From the IMG/VR virus record IMGVR_UViG_3300008952_002242, positions 62,001 to 126,000 of that record: DNA of 64,000 bases; one strand, written 5' to 3'. This document shows positions 18,499-29,233 of the stretch, piece by piece. This DNA comes from an uncultured virus (IMG/VR IMGVR_UViG_3300008952_002242) (lineage: Duplodnaviria; Heunggongvirae; Uroviricota; Caudoviricetes). The translations under genes were made by a program, and so were the position numbers. Under the pieces are notes generated by a model. It was not told where the DNA came from, did no database searches, and saw only the letters and a list, made by a program, of their open reading frames with translations. Each line of letters opens with the position of its first letter. Positions within the stretch are counted from its first letter, which is position 1.

Positions 18499-19751
18499 AA
18501 TTTTTCCATTTCATTTACAATTCTTTCAGATGCCCTTCCATCATTGTATTCATCATACATACCCAATAACTCCTTATTATTTGGATTTTCTTTTGTTAAA
18601 AAATCAAAATTATCATCCCAACTTAAAGTGTTTCTCTCAACAATACTTAAAATTTTATTGTTATGTTCTTTAAATTTTATCATTCTATCTTTATCAATTA
18701 TTTTAATTAATTCATCTTCTGAATTTAAACTAAAAACTCTCATCCAAAACTCAGCAGCTATCCCAGTTTCCCCACTAGCTATGTCAGTATTTTTAACAAA
18801 TAAATTATCTAAATCAGTAAATGTATCCATACTAATTGTGCTATATAGATTTACATATTTTTTATTCAAAATCAAAGAAAAATATGATGCACTTGTAATA
18901 ATTCCAATATGAGTATTACACAGATGAACAGCATAAAATAAATCTGTATCTTCCCATAGCAACTTAACTTTTGGTATCGTAAACTCAATATCACCATTTT
19001 TAATATTGAAATATTTTGAATACCGTGGATTATATGGTTCTCCAGGCAAAGCTTTATATAATATCTCATATTCATCTCCACACTTTTTTGCAAATTTTCT
19101 CAATAAATCCATACATTCGTCCCCCGCCAAATTTATATTGGCAAACCACAATATTTTTTCTTTGTTAGGGTCTAAATTATATTTTTTATTAAAAAGTAAT
19201 GTTGATTCTAGATATGGTTTAAAATCATTTAAATTATCGTATTTGGGATTTCCAACTATAATACTTTTATCACTATTTTCAAAACCATTATTAATTCTGT
19301 TATTTAAAACAAAATCGCTATGTTCCATATAAACATCACACATATTTTGTGGGTATTGATTTCTAGAATACATCTCTAAAACACTTTCATATGTTTGAAA
19401 CAAATTAGTATTTAATTCAAGTAAAACAACCTTTGTATTAAAAATCTCCTTAAACTCTTTTATTATACTTTGCTCAGGTTCCCATCTCTCCCTTGCCAAA
19501 AAAAGAATTTCTGGCACAAATGGTAAATGTATATTGAATAATGATTTTGATAATATCCCCTTAGATAAGTCAACTTCCTCTTTATAATCATAAGAATATT
19601 GAGATAAATCAGTACTAGTAATTTCCGATTCTGTATATAAAAAAAATGAATTATGATTCCTACTAAGTAATTCGTTATGAACATTTTTCAAATAGTTCAC
19701 ATATTTTTTGTCTGACGCAAATAAAAGTATATTCATATTAAATATTCCCAC
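18495..19751 (-). CDS. GT-B fold protein (candidate nonulosonic acid transferase / glycerophosphotransferase-like)
   Basis: IIVGNPKYD and C-terminal DGRASERI motifs. Confidence 0.6.
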   Translation of the reverse strand: MGIFNMNILLFASDKKYVNYLKNVHNELLSRNHNSFFLYTESEITSTDLSQYSYDYKEEVDLSKGILSKSLFNIHLPFVPEILFLARERWEPEQSIIKEFKEIFNTKVVLLELNTNLFQTYESVLEMYSRNQYPQNMCDVYMEHSDFVLNNRINNGFENSDKSIIVGNPKYDNLNDFKPYLESTLLFNKKYNLDPNKEKILWFANINLAGDECMDLLRKFAKKCGDEYEILYKALPGEPYNPRYSKYFNIKNGDIEFTIPKVKLLWEDTDLFYAVHLCNTHIGIITSASYFSLILNKKYVNLYSTISMDTFTDLDNLFVKNTDIASGETGIAAEFWMRVFSLNSEDELIKIIDKDRMIKFKEHNNKILSIVERNTLSWDDNFDFLTKENPNNKELLGMYDEYNDGRASERIVNEMEKL

Positions 19752-20571
19752 TATTTTTTAAATCTTGTACTGAATCATATCCAAAATTAGATCTTTTTAA
19801 ATTTTTCCCTTCGTTATAATAGTTAACCACTATATGCCTATCACCATCAACTTTAACCTCAGTCCCACAATGAACTCCCCAAGTATCAAAAAGTATTAAT
19901 GAACCTTTTTTAGCAATCACTTTCACATAATTATTCAATCTATCCTCCCCAAGCTCCGATTTACTAAAATTAGTTGGATGTTTTTCTTTATGTTCAGTAT
20001 CTTCAAATTCATATCCAGGCCCCCAAACATCTTTTTTTAATCTTCTTAATTCATAATCTTTATGAGTTTTAATTATATAAGAAGTAGGACCATCTTTTTC
20101 CTCAACATCATTCAAATACAACATAGCCTTAAATGTTGAAGTTTGAAATGAATCGATATGAAGTCCTCTTGTGGGAAAATTATTAAATTGTTGCCTATCA
20201 TACATTTGTACATGAACTGAATAATCATTTACATCTCCATAATATCTTTTACATATCATTTTTAAGAAACTATCATCCTTAAATTTTAACATATCTTCAT
20301 TAAAACAATCTATATGATATACTCTTTTATCTTGTAATGGTTTAGTTGTTTTGGGACCATCATATCTTCTATAAGAACCATCCTCAAAATCCAAATCATC
20401 ACCAACTTCAGCCCTCGTCATACAGGAATTTCTAACAGAATCACAAATTTCATCTGAAATATAATTTGGTAAAATGCAAATTCCATATTCTCTGAGACAA
20501 TTTGTTATTGAAATTAAACTCTTCGAATTAGTAACCGTAACCTTACTTAATAATTGTTGATTTTTATCCAT
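19738..20571 (-). CDS. Phytanoyl-CoA dioxygenase-like 2OG-Fe(II) oxygenase
   Basis: LHIDS…YLNDV…GPT…GSLILFDTWGVH…R facial triad. Confidence 0.82.
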   Translation of the reverse strand: MDKNQQLLSKVTVTNSKSLISITNCLREYGICILPNYISDEICDSVRNSCMTRAEVGDDLDFEDGSYRRYDGPKTTKPLQDKRVYHIDCFNEDMLKFKDDSFLKMICKRYYGDVNDYSVHVQMYDRQQFNNFPTRGLHIDSFQTSTFKAMLYLNDVEEKDGPTSYIIKTHKDYELRRLKKDVWGPGYEFEDTEHKEKHPTNFSKSELGEDRLNNYVKVIAKKGSLILFDTWGVHCGTEVKVDGDRHIVVNYYNEGKNLKRSNFGYDSVQDLKNSGNI

Positions 20572-21184
20572 TACTTTTTACACAAAAGAAACTTGTACAA
20601 GCAACTCCTGGACCACCCTCACGATTGACATCTGTTATGTGGTCTACTTTCATTCTCTTTTCCTTCACGAACTCGTTAACTGCTTGATAAACCCCACATG
20701 GAAGCCCTCTCCAAATTCTCTCATCTGGAAAATAATCATGCCCAGCCAAAATTCCATTCTTCTTAATCTTTGGATACCACGCTTTACAATCTAATAAAAC
20801 CTCTTCATATGTATGTGCAGCATCAATATAAACAAAATCAAAATACCCATCAGGAAACATTTTAGCAGCCTCTATTGAAAATTCTCTGACAACCCTTACG
20901 TTTGGCAACACTCCAAACTCCATCATAAAACTATTGTACTCACCATCTAATTGTTGCTGAGACTCTCCAAGATCATTATATTCTGGTTTGCCAGGAACTT
21001 CTTCCCAACAATCCACAGCAACAGCTAATTTAGGTTTACACTTAATTAAATTACTAAAATTTATACCACGCCTCACACCAATCTCACACAATCTTTCCAC
21101 TTTAAGTTTAGATAAAGCAACATGTATATCTGGCTTAAAATTTGCATATTTCTTTAAAACTTCAATTATATAATCCCCAGTCAT
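20564..21184 (-). CDS. Class I SAM-dependent methyltransferase (Methyltransf_24-like)
   Basis: EIGVRRG, FDFVYIDAAHTY and GILAGHDY. Confidence 0.85.
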   Translation of the reverse strand: MTGDYIIEVLKKYANFKPDIHVALSKLKVERLCEIGVRRGINFSNLIKCKPKLAVAVDCWEEVPGKPEYNDLGESQQQLDGEYNSFMMEFGVLPNVRVVREFSIEAAKMFPDGYFDFVYIDAAHTYEEVLLDCKAWYPKIKKNGILAGHDYFPDERIWRGLPCGVYQAVNEFVKEKRMKVDHITDVNREGGPGVACTSFFCVKSNG

Positions 21185-21996
21185 AATAATTTTCTCGCAA
21201 TTAAATTAAATGTAGTATCATTATTCTTTATTTCATCAACAGTTATATTTTCTAACCATTCCATAGAACAAGTCTCCCAAAGATGATGTGAGTATGCATC
21301 TGAAAATTCAACAATATTTTCAAACATATCCCTTAAAGATTTTTGATGATAAGATGGATAAAAGAAACTTGTGTATGGCTCTATGTGTATATCATTGGGT
21401 ATCTCTTTTGCTAACCTCAATGGATAATATACCGAATGAGTACACCAACCATCTGTTCCTGGAGCCCCACCTCTAAATGTATCTTTGAAACCACCCAACC
21501 AATTTATTCCAAATTGCGAATTCTTTTCCGATAGAATAACAGCAGGACATAAACCCTCAATACCACCAACACCTTGCTCTCCCATAACAAAATTATTTTT
21601 CAATAAATCTGTATAAGGTTTTACACAAATGGTATCCATATCAGTATAAATTCCGCCCTCATCTATCAAAACCTGTAATCTAATAACATCTGACATATGT
21701 GCCAATTCAGTTATTGGTATACCAAATATCTCAGTTGGTGGTTTAACCATAATAACATCAACCAAATCTCTTATCTCACTCCACCACTCTCCCCTTGGTT
21801 CCTGATTACAATAAAATTTTACTGCTTCTGGATTGTTGACCTCAATAGCCGATTTAATACACAAATAATGCACCAAATGAAAGCTCTGATACATTGGATG
21901 TTTATTACCATCATGTGTTAAATAAACATATTGAAAAACATTAGGAATCATAAACACATACCAAATTATGACCCGAAGTTGGGTTGATATCACCAA
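21181..21996 (-). CDS. Glycosyltransferase, DXD sugar-binding (GT32-like)
   Basis: HMSDVIRL…GGIYTDMD and HHLW; start probably MIPN near 21951. Confidence 0.82.
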   Translation of the reverse strand: MVISTQLRVIIWYVFMIPNVFQYVYLTHDGNKHPMYQSFHLVHYLCIKSAIEVNNPEAVKFYCNQEPRGEWWSEIRDLVDVIMVKPPTEIFGIPITELAHMSDVIRLQVLIDEGGIYTDMDTICVKPYTDLLKNNFVMGEQGVGGIEGLCPAVILSEKNSQFGINWLGGFKDTFRGGAPGTDGWCTHSVYYPLRLAKEIPNDIHIEPYTSFFYPSYHQKSLRDMFENIVEFSDAYSHHLWETCSMEWLENITVDEIKNNDTTFNLIARKLL

Positions 21997-22810
21997 AAGA
22001 CTTTATCTCTTTACCCAAATCATCGATATCTAACTTATTTATTTCTTCATCATAAGCTTTATAACCTAAAGAATGTATCGTATTAATTAAATCATTAATT
22101 TCATTCTCACTCAATCCATTATAAATTTCTGTTATAATAACAGGCCTATGCTCTTCCACTATATTACCAATAGTTTTCAATATTTCTTTATCATGCCCTT
22201 CTGTATCTATTTTTATTAAAGAAATTTTATCATTATCCCACTCTAAAAAATCTTCCAATTTAACAGCCCAAACATCTATTGGAATTCTATGACCAGTATT
22301 ACCCACACCGAAATCAGTTCTTTGTGCATATCCACCATTACAAAGCCCATCATCCGAATAATGAAATTCCAATGGACCTTCTTCATCAGAAACAGCATAA
22401 TTAAATGGTACTATATTAGAATTCACTTCTACATTTTTTTCCAAAATCTCATAAGCAGCAGGATTACATTCAAATGAAATAACTTTATCAGCAAATAAAG
22501 AATAAGCTACAGACATATTACCACTCTGGGCTCCTATATCGATAACTGTAGTGTTGGGAGTTATTATTTTAGAAAGATTATTAAGTTTATCTTCCGTAAA
22601 CAATTCTGTTAATTCCCAATCTCCTTGAAAGGGGTGTAACCATCTATGATATTTTATATTATAATTCAATAAATTTAAATCAATAACCTCTGTACCATAA
22701 TGATTATTGGTTTCTTTCAAAACTCCAATAAATTCTTCTCTATAACCTTTCATATCTTGCATATCAAATTCTACTATAAAAATTATTTTGTTCAGTTTGT
22801 TTATCGACAT
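21941..22810 (-). CDS. FkbM family methyltransferase
   Basis: VIDIGAQSG, SFECNP and IKIDTEG. Confidence 0.85.
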   Translation of the reverse strand: MSINKLNKIIFIVEFDMQDMKGYREEFIGVLKETNNHYGTEVIDLNLLNYNIKYHRWLHPFQGDWELTELFTEDKLNNLSKIITPNTTVIDIGAQSGNMSVAYSLFADKVISFECNPAAYEILEKNVEVNSNIVPFNYAVSDEEGPLEFHYSDDGLCNGGYAQRTDFGVGNTGHRIPIDVWAVKLEDFLEWDNDKISLIKIDTEGHDKEILKTIGNIVEEHRPVIITEIYNGLSENEINDLINTIHSLGYKAYDEEINKLDIDDLGKEIKSFGDINPTSGHNLVCVYDS

Positions 22811-23384
22811 CTTTTGGATGTAATATACAAAATGGTTTATCTTCTGGAAGAGTAGAATAAGTTTTGTATCCTGTTATCATTTCATGAACCTTTTTCTCCC
22901 AACGAATATTAGGTCTATTTTTAAATATTCTTCCCTGCCAATCTGGAAAGTTTATCCACCCCTCTTCATTAACATTATATCTCCACATCCTGGCATGCTC
23001 CGGCGTCATACCCTCTACTGTATTAATTCTTGGCACCCAAAATAAATCGATTGTTGGATTATCTTCAATAATTGTATGAATATTTTTCATCATCCATCTA
23101 CTTATCGCCTCGTCAGCATCCAAATTAAAACTATAGTCACCATTACATATCGACTTTAAATAATTTTTTTGTGCAGCAAAATCACCCAATAAATTTCTTT
23201 GTTCAAATACTATGTCGTGAGTAGACACATAGAAATCCAATATCTGTTTAGTCTTTTCATCATCAGAATAATCATCAAGAATCACAATCTCGTCTTGTGG
23301 TTGTTTCCACTTGACTAAAAATCTTAATAATTTTTCTAATGAATCTGTTTCATTATGAGTCAATATAGAATAACTAATTTTCAT
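22764..23384 (-). CDS. Glycosyltransferase family 2
   Basis: ISYSILTHNE, LDDYSDD, LDADE and VHE. Confidence 0.85.
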   Translation of the reverse strand: MKISYSILTHNETDSLEKLLRFLVKWKQPQDEIVILDDYSDDEKTKQILDFYVSTHDIVFEQRNLLGDFAAQKNYLKSICNGDYSFNLDADEAISRWMMKNIHTIIEDNPTIDLFWVPRINTVEGMTPEHARMWRYNVNEEGWINFPDWQGRIFKNRPNIRWEKKVHEMITGYKTYSTLPEDKPFCILHPKDVDKQTEQNNFYSRI

Positions 23385-23864
23385 TTAGGTAGAAGGATCT
23401 CCTCCTGGTATATGAATCAAATCTTCAATTATACTGGTTACTTTTAAAGATGATAACATATCAACTTTATAACTACGATATGCTTGTTTAAATACATTAT
23501 CAGCACTAATGACATCCGAATAAAATCGTTCGCTTGTCAAAAATGTTGGATCTTTTGAAGTTGATATCTGTATCCTAAAATAATCTTCCTTTAATGCTAT
23601 CAAATTCTCCATACCAGTTGACCCCTTTTTAAAATCAATATAATTAAAGAATTTTTTAATCTTTGCAGGATTAATATAATTTATATTTAAACCCTCTATA
23701 ACTTTTGATTTTTTATTATGATATAAAAATAAAAGAATTGGTCTGGGATCAGTTACCCCAGGTTGAGCGTAATTAAAAGTGACTATCATTCCAGGCAATA
23801 ACTTACCAATAGGTAATGTCTGTTGTTCTGTAATTATCTTTCGATTATTATACCTCGTTGACAT
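23385..23864 (-). CDS. Possible DNA end protector (T4 gp2-like)
   Basis: FNY…DPRPILL…GLNINY…YRSY pattern. Confidence 0.5.
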   Translation of the reverse strand: MSTRYNNRKIITEQQTLPIGKLLPGMIVTFNYAQPGVTDPRPILLFLYHNKKSKVIEGLNINYINPAKIKKFFNYIDFKKGSTGMENLIALKEDYFRIQISTSKDPTFLTSERFYSDVISADNVFKQAYRSYKVDMLSSLKVTSIIEDLIHIPGGDPST

Positions 23865-24249
23865 GATTTTTTTCCATTGTTTTTACTATATTGAAAGCAT
23901 CACTATAATGGGGCATTTCAACTTTAGTTGCCTCTGTTTCCAATTTAGTTAATATATACCATATCAACTCCCCTTCTTTAACATCAGGAGTTATATAATA
24001 ATTATCACTTGTAAAAACTCCAGGAAGCCAATTCCTTCCATTAATATTCTTACATACCTCTTTAAATTTAACATCCACATCATCAGCCAATTTATCTTTA
24101 TACTCACTACTTGACGCATAACCACAATGCATACATTGCATACTTTGTCTCTCATCTCCTATTAAAATCAATGTCTCTTCTTCAACATCCCCATACTCTA
24201 AAATACAACAAGGACATTTAACCTTTAATCTTAAATCTTCGTAGCTCAT
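23848..24249 (-). CDS. Hypothetical zinc-ribbon protein
   Basis: CPCC…CMHCG. Confidence 0.55.
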   Translation of the reverse strand: MSYEDLRLKVKCPCCILEYGDVEEETLILIGDERQSMQCMHCGYASSSEYKDKLADDVDVKFKEVCKNINGRNWLPGVFTSDNYYITPDVKEGELIWYILTKLETEATKVEMPHYSDAFNIVKTMEKNHVNEV

Positions 24250-25637
24250 TGTTTTTTCAATTTTGGTAATTTTAATCTATTTGATTTTGTACTACCAACT
24301 TTTTTTAATTTAGGTAATTTCAAAGATACTTGTTGTGGAATATTTTTTATTATATCATCCAATATTTTATTAAAATCAAAAGCCATTTTTTCTAAAGAAA
24401 ACTTTTTTCTATTTTTCTTACCAAGAGATTTTGCCCTACCAGTAATTCCTTTAACATTATTATAAAACAACCGCAATTTTCTTTTAACATCGCCCTCACC
24501 AACATCATACCATTTAGACTGTGCTTCAATTATTGGTTTCCAAACCATTGCTTCTGGAACTTTCTTTAATTTTCCTTGAATTAATAATGATTCGGAAGAA
24601 TTAAGAAAGTCTAAATGCCCACTCCAATTAGAAGCAATAACTGGTAAATCACAACAACTAGCTTCTAACATTGGTCGTCCAAACCCCTCACCATGAGTAC
24701 AAGTTAAAAAAGCTTTTATCTTAGGTAAATTATATAAAATAGCCATTTGTTCTATTGTCAAATCCCCATGTAATAAATAAACATTAGGTAATTTATCAAT
24801 ACCCCCAAACTTCTTTTTTATTTCTTTTATTCTCTTAACAGTACTATATCTATCTAAAACTGAAAAATTAGACCCATTAGTTTTTATTAATAAAGCCGGT
24901 GTGGGTTCTTTAGGATCATTTGCAAAAGCCTCATAAAAAGTTTTAATCATTAAAGATATATTTTTTCTATCCTCACCATATGCACCTTTACCCCACAAAC
25001 CGACATGAAGATAAACAATGGATTCATCTTTCAAGATTTCTTCCATTTCATCTTTAAAATTAGATTTTATTTTAGTAGTATCAAATGGTTTATATACATC
25101 AACATCAATTCCCTCAGATAAAACTAATACTGGCTTCTGTAATCTATGTTCTCCAACTTTTTTCTTTTCATCACCCGCCCCTTCCGACTTATCATAAACT
25201 GTATTAAGAAATGTTTTTTGAGTAAACTCTGATGGTACTATATTCAGATTCATTTTATTAGCACCTTCTATAAATTCAGGAGAAACTATATCAGTTTCAA
25301 CCCCAGCAGTAATTCCTAAATTATATTTTCCTACTTGAGCAAATTCATTTGGAATTCGAATATCAATATAAACATCTGGTTGAAAATCTAAATTGGTATC
25401 TACAGTTAAAACATCTAACAATTTTTTATGCCTTGGTACTTTAAGATTTAAATGATTTCTTGGAGTTTCTCCCCACTTAGTATCAACACATGTTATATCA
25501 ATATCATCCCTATCCATAATCGAATAAAAAATAGACCTAGCATGATCTCCATATCCACTACGAGTATTAAAAGGTGCTGTCATAACTACTTTAGTTTTCA
25601 TATCTTCTCCACCGTATATCTTTTTGCTGGTTTCCAA
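24246..25637 (-). CDS. Glycosyltransferase family 4
   Basis: TRSGYG, RKNI and GEGFGRPMLEA…SGHLDF; start probably MKTKVV near 25601. Confidence 0.88.
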   Translation of the reverse strand: METSKKIYGGEDMKTKVVMTAPFNTRSGYGDHARSIFYSIMDRDDIDITCVDTKWGETPRNHLNLKVPRHKKLLDVLTVDTNLDFQPDVYIDIRIPNEFAQVGKYNLGITAGVETDIVSPEFIEGANKMNLNIVPSEFTQKTFLNTVYDKSEGAGDEKKKVGEHRLQKPVLVLSEGIDVDVYKPFDTTKIKSNFKDEMEEILKDESIVYLHVGLWGKGAYGEDRKNISLMIKTFYEAFANDPKEPTPALLIKTNGSNFSVLDRYSTVKRIKEIKKKFGGIDKLPNVYLLHGDLTIEQMAILYNLPKIKAFLTCTHGEGFGRPMLEASCCDLPVIASNWSGHLDFLNSSESLLIQGKLKKVPEAMVWKPIIEAQSKWYDVGEGDVKRKLRLFYNNVKGITGRAKSLGKKNRKKFSLEKMAFDFNKILDDIIKNIPQQVSLKLPKLKKVGSTKSNRLKLPKLKKQ

Positions 25638-26959
25638 TTTTTAAATGCCCCATCCATAGACTTAATAAAGTTGGCACCCATTTCTTCAGATGTCATTTGA
25701 TTGTCTTTACAGAACTGAGCTCCCAATGAACCAAGTCTTTTTCTTTCTTCTCTACCCATATCATAGAACTCACGAAGTAATGGTGCAGCATCTTCTGGAT
25801 TACATCTATCATCCCAAATATATGGTGTGGGTGGAGAACCTTGTAATGAACGACTCGCTGGATAAACAGGTTTTACCCATTCACCGTGATTTTTGTATTT
25901 ACCCCTATGGTTACTACCCAACTCAACATAATCATCTGGTATCAACAGTTCCCCATCTTCATTTCTAAATCCACATTGATCTTGTAAACCACCTGTAACA
26001 TTTACAATAATGGGTGTCTCAACTGTAAGTGCTTCAGCACTACCTAAACCAAAACCCTCATTACTAGCAAGGTTAATATAGACATCAGATGAATTAAATA
26101 ATAAATTCATTTCTTTATCTTCAAATGTTCCGCCCATATGATGTGTGTAACATACATCATAATCTGGCATCAAATGTCTACACATCCTTGGCAAATCAGT
26201 TCCATTATCATCTACTGGAGCACAATGGTATATCAATACACATTCATCTCGTTGTTCAGGAGTTAACTCATCCATAAAGTATTTATATGCCAACATAACA
26301 TCGCCTGGTTGTTTTCTTCTAATATTTCTATTACTATATAATACTCTAAATTTTTTATCCGATATTCCAAATTTATCATTAAATTCCAAAAGTTCATTAT
26401 CAGCATCATCAATTTTATAAAACCTACGAGATGAAATACCATGTGGAACATAAGTTACTTGCCAATCTTCATAATCTGGTAACAATCGTTTATTTATACC
26501 ATAAGTCTGTTTTGATATTGCCATTAACAAATTAGAACTTCTATAATAATTTGTATTGTATTGTGGATCTGGTAAATCATCCCAAATGTTATAATAAAAA
26601 ATTGGAATCTCTCTACGAATTTCCGCTTCCATCTCATAAAACCAAATCCAAAATCTTGGATCAGTATAGTGTAGTATTGCATCTGGTTTTTCTCTAACTA
26701 ATATTTCTCTTACTACTTCTGGATTACCATATCCACTTGTTGGATAAATTGTCAATTTTGCATCATTTACCCCTGATATGTCTGCTATTGCCGCATCCAT
26801 ATTCACCACCTTACCTTCTTCAGGATGTTTTATAGCACCAGCCAATTGAACCCAATCATATTTATGTAAAGTTTCAACTACAATATCTTTAGATACAGTA
26901 GCTATACCACTATGCATTCTTAAATCATCCGACATCAACAAAATCTTCTTTTTAGACAT
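25598..26959 (-). CDS. Glycosyltransferase family 4
   Basis: NRNIRRK and NEGFGLGSAEA…TGGLQDQ. Confidence 0.88.
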   Translation of the reverse strand: MSKKKILLMSDDLRMHSGIATVSKDIVVETLHKYDWVQLAGAIKHPEEGKVVNMDAAIADISGVNDAKLTIYPTSGYGNPEVVREILVREKPDAILHYTDPRFWIWFYEMEAEIRREIPIFYYNIWDDLPDPQYNTNYYRSSNLLMAISKQTYGINKRLLPDYEDWQVTYVPHGISSRRFYKIDDADNELLEFNDKFGISDKKFRVLYSNRNIRRKQPGDVMLAYKYFMDELTPEQRDECVLIYHCAPVDDNGTDLPRMCRHLMPDYDVCYTHHMGGTFEDKEMNLLFNSSDVYINLASNEGFGLGSAEALTVETPIIVNVTGGLQDQCGFRNEDGELLIPDDYVELGSNHRGKYKNHGEWVKPVYPASRSLQGSPPTPYIWDDRCNPEDAAPLLREFYDMGREERKRLGSLGAQFCKDNQMTSEEMGANFIKSMDGAFKNWKPAKRYTVEKI

Positions 26960-27121
26960 ATAACCTCACTTAACTCTAATCATTCAATAACTGTTTTTTT
27001 GATTTTTCTTTTTTAAAATTCTTTTCAATAGCGTTTAGCCGCTCTTCCATCCGTTTTAATATATCTCGTATTTCTTTCAAAATTCTATCATCAGATCTAG
27101 TTCCCATTCCTGTAGCCCTCA

Positions 27122-27322
27122 TTAGAATCTACTCCCACTTATATATAATGCATCATAAGTTTCAAAATTTTCTTTTATAATATTTTCTCTTAGATACATA
27201 TGCATTGATCTATTTACCAATTTTTGTAAATTCATTGTAGAATTAACAGTCTTTGTTTTAAAATCTCTATATAGACTTTCTATAACCTTCACGGATGTAA
27301 GTTTTACTTTCGTATCTTCCAT
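27122..27322 (-). CDS. Small conserved protein (possible ribbon-helix-helix)
   Basis: KLTSVKV strand followed by two helices; RBS and ATATTTAT upstream. Confidence 0.55.
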   Translation of the reverse strand: MEDTKVKLTSVKVIESLYRDFKTKTVNSTMNLQKLVNRSMHMYLRENIIKENFETYDALYISGSRF

Positions 27323-27360
27323 TATATAACTCCCATTATGTATATATAAATATATATATA

Positions 27361-27777
27361 TTATTCAATAATAAGAGTTTTTTTACCAAATTTTTTAGCA
27401 TAATTTATAGTAGACATCGAACCATTCGATTTAACTCCTCTTGGAATAAATGCCACAACATACTCTGAATGAATTGCAATCTGTTTATTACGGGCAAAGA
27501 AATTCCTTACACTATATGGTTTTCCATAATTTCTTTCATGTAATGGACAATATAGATTATGTGATGTGTGTGCTGGTGGATATTCTTCATATTGTAAACC
27601 CAACTCTAAAGCATATTTCTTAGCATAAAAATCGGCACCTTGTGGACACCCACCACTTACAATTACTGTATCAGTGCCCTTATCATTCTTCAGTTTAAAT
27701 ATAAACTCTTTAATCTTCTGTCGGTTTTCGTATTTACGACTACCTACTATTCCTACTTTTAAAGTATCTTTCCCCAT
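27361..27777 (-). CDS. SLOG superfamily (YspA/DUF2493-like) protein
   Basis: IVGSR, IVSGGCPQGAD and FARN…VAF…GSMSTI. Confidence 0.75.
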   Translation of the reverse strand: MGKDTLKVGIVGSRKYENRQKIKEFIFKLKNDKGTDTVIVSGGCPQGADFYAKKYALELGLQYEEYPPAHTSHNLYCPLHERNYGKPYSVRNFFARNKQIAIHSEYVVAFIPRGVKSNGSMSTINYAKKFGKKTLIIE

Positions 27778-28628
27778 TCACAATGCTCCGTATCATAGAA
27801 CTCACAAAATTTACAAGCACTACCTGGTTTTGCTGGATAATTTCTATCTATTCTATAATTTCCCTTTGAATCAAATATCAATTCACGAAATTCATGAAAT
27901 GCCTTATTAACTTTATTAAGAGTAACACTTCCATGTGAAGGTTCAAATCTCTGCATCCTACTAACAGGCCAATCAGGATCTTTCGGTATCTTTCTTTTAA
28001 GAATTAAAAACTCCACATTTATCTTATCTAATGGAACATCAAATTTATCTGAATAAAATTGTTTATATAGAATTAATTGTGATGTCTTATAAAAATTCTT
28101 CTTCTGATAATGCACCCAACCACGAGTAGCAGTTTTTAAATCTATAATCTTTATATTATCATTAATCTTATTCTTTATCACCACATCAAGAAAACTTCTA
28201 AACTCTACTCCAGGCTGCAACTTTGTAAATATAGGAAGTTCTATACCAACTAATTCATAATTATTTTTCATAAAATATTTGGCTCTATGCTTCTTAAAAT
28301 CTTTAATTATCTCAACCCCATCTTGATAAAACTCCACCATATCATCTTGACTACAAACATCAACATTATGCTCTTCTCTAATTTTAGTGAATTCTTTTAT
28401 CATCTCATTCTTCAACATCAAATCCAATGGTAATTTTTCAGCATCTTTTATAGTATTATTATAAAATTCAGTAAGATAACTTTGTATAACAGAATGCATA
28501 GCAGAACCAAATATAGTGTAAATGTTACCACTACCTATACTCAATTCATCTATATAACGAAGTTTCCACTTTAGGTTACATTCGTTATAGGATGTAAACT
28601 GTGAATGTGATATTGATTTTAAACTCAT
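27759..28628 (-). CDS. PD-(D/E)XK exonuclease (RecB/Cas4-like)
   Basis: SHSQ…C, FGSAMH, E…D…IIDLKT, QLILY and CKFCEF…C. Confidence 0.85.
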   Translation of the reverse strand: MSLKSISHSQFTSYNECNLKWKLRYIDELSIGSGNIYTIFGSAMHSVIQSYLTEFYNNTIKDAEKLPLDLMLKNEMIKEFTKIREEHNVDVCSQDDMVEFYQDGVEIIKDFKKHRAKYFMKNNYELVGIELPIFTKLQPGVEFRSFLDVVIKNKINDNIKIIDLKTATRGWVHYQKKNFYKTSQLILYKQFYSDKFDVPLDKINVEFLILKRKIPKDPDWPVSRMQRFEPSHGSVTLNKVNKAFHEFRELIFDSKGNYRIDRNYPAKPGSACKFCEFYDTEHCEWGKIL

Positions 28629-29233
28629 ACTATCTCGTCAATCATCCCATAATTCAAACAAGTCTCTGCATCCCACATTAAATCATGTTTCAATATTTCA
28701 TCAATTTTTTTCATTGGAACTTTTGTATATTTCTTATATACATTTTTTATAGTTTTCATCATCAAATCAAGATTCTGTTTCTCATCTTCAAAGTTAGCAT
28801 ATGTTCCCCAAAAATTACTACTTAACTGATGAATCAACATATAAGAATTTCTACTCATAAACCGACCATCACCCACCACAGAAATAAATGTGGCAGCACT
28901 CGCACAAAATCCATCCACATATGTTTCAACTGGAACTTTACACCTCAATATAGTATCCATAGATGAAATACCAGCAGTAATTGAACCACCTCCTGAATTT
29001 ATCAATACTTTTACAGATGGTGTGTCCACATCTAAAGTTTTTGACATCGTTAAACTTTTAGATTCTAACTCACCTACCTTTTTATTGAGTTCTACTGCAC
29101 TTTCTCTATTTACATTAGCATAATAATAAATCTTATTCTCATGAACTGATATAAATTTATCTGGTTTACTACCATTTGGTTGTGCACTTTTTGGTTTAGG
29201 TGGTTTCTTTTCACCCCAATATTTTTCATTCAT
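28625..29233 (-). CDS. clpP: ClpP-family protease
   Basis: INSGGG, CASAAT (catalytic Ser), MLIHQ and GMIDEI. Confidence 0.88.
   Translation of the reverse strand: MNEKYWGEKKPPKPKSAQPNGSKPDKFISVHENKIYYYANVNRESAVELNKKVGELESKSLTMSKTLDVDTPSVKVLINSGGGSITAGISSMDTILRCKVPVETYVDGFCASAATFISVVGDGRFMSRNSYMLIHQLSSNFWGTYANFEDEKQNLDLMMKTIKNVYKKYTKVPMKKIDEILKHDLMWDAETCLNYGMIDEIV

Noticed and set aside
27338..27362. (TA)n microsatellite or origin
   Set aside because: Very short, explained by AT-richness and the embedded ATATTTAT motif
27759..28628. Cas4 as part of a CRISPR-Cas system
   Set aside because: No other cas genes or array; solo PD-(D/E)XK exonucleases are common in phages
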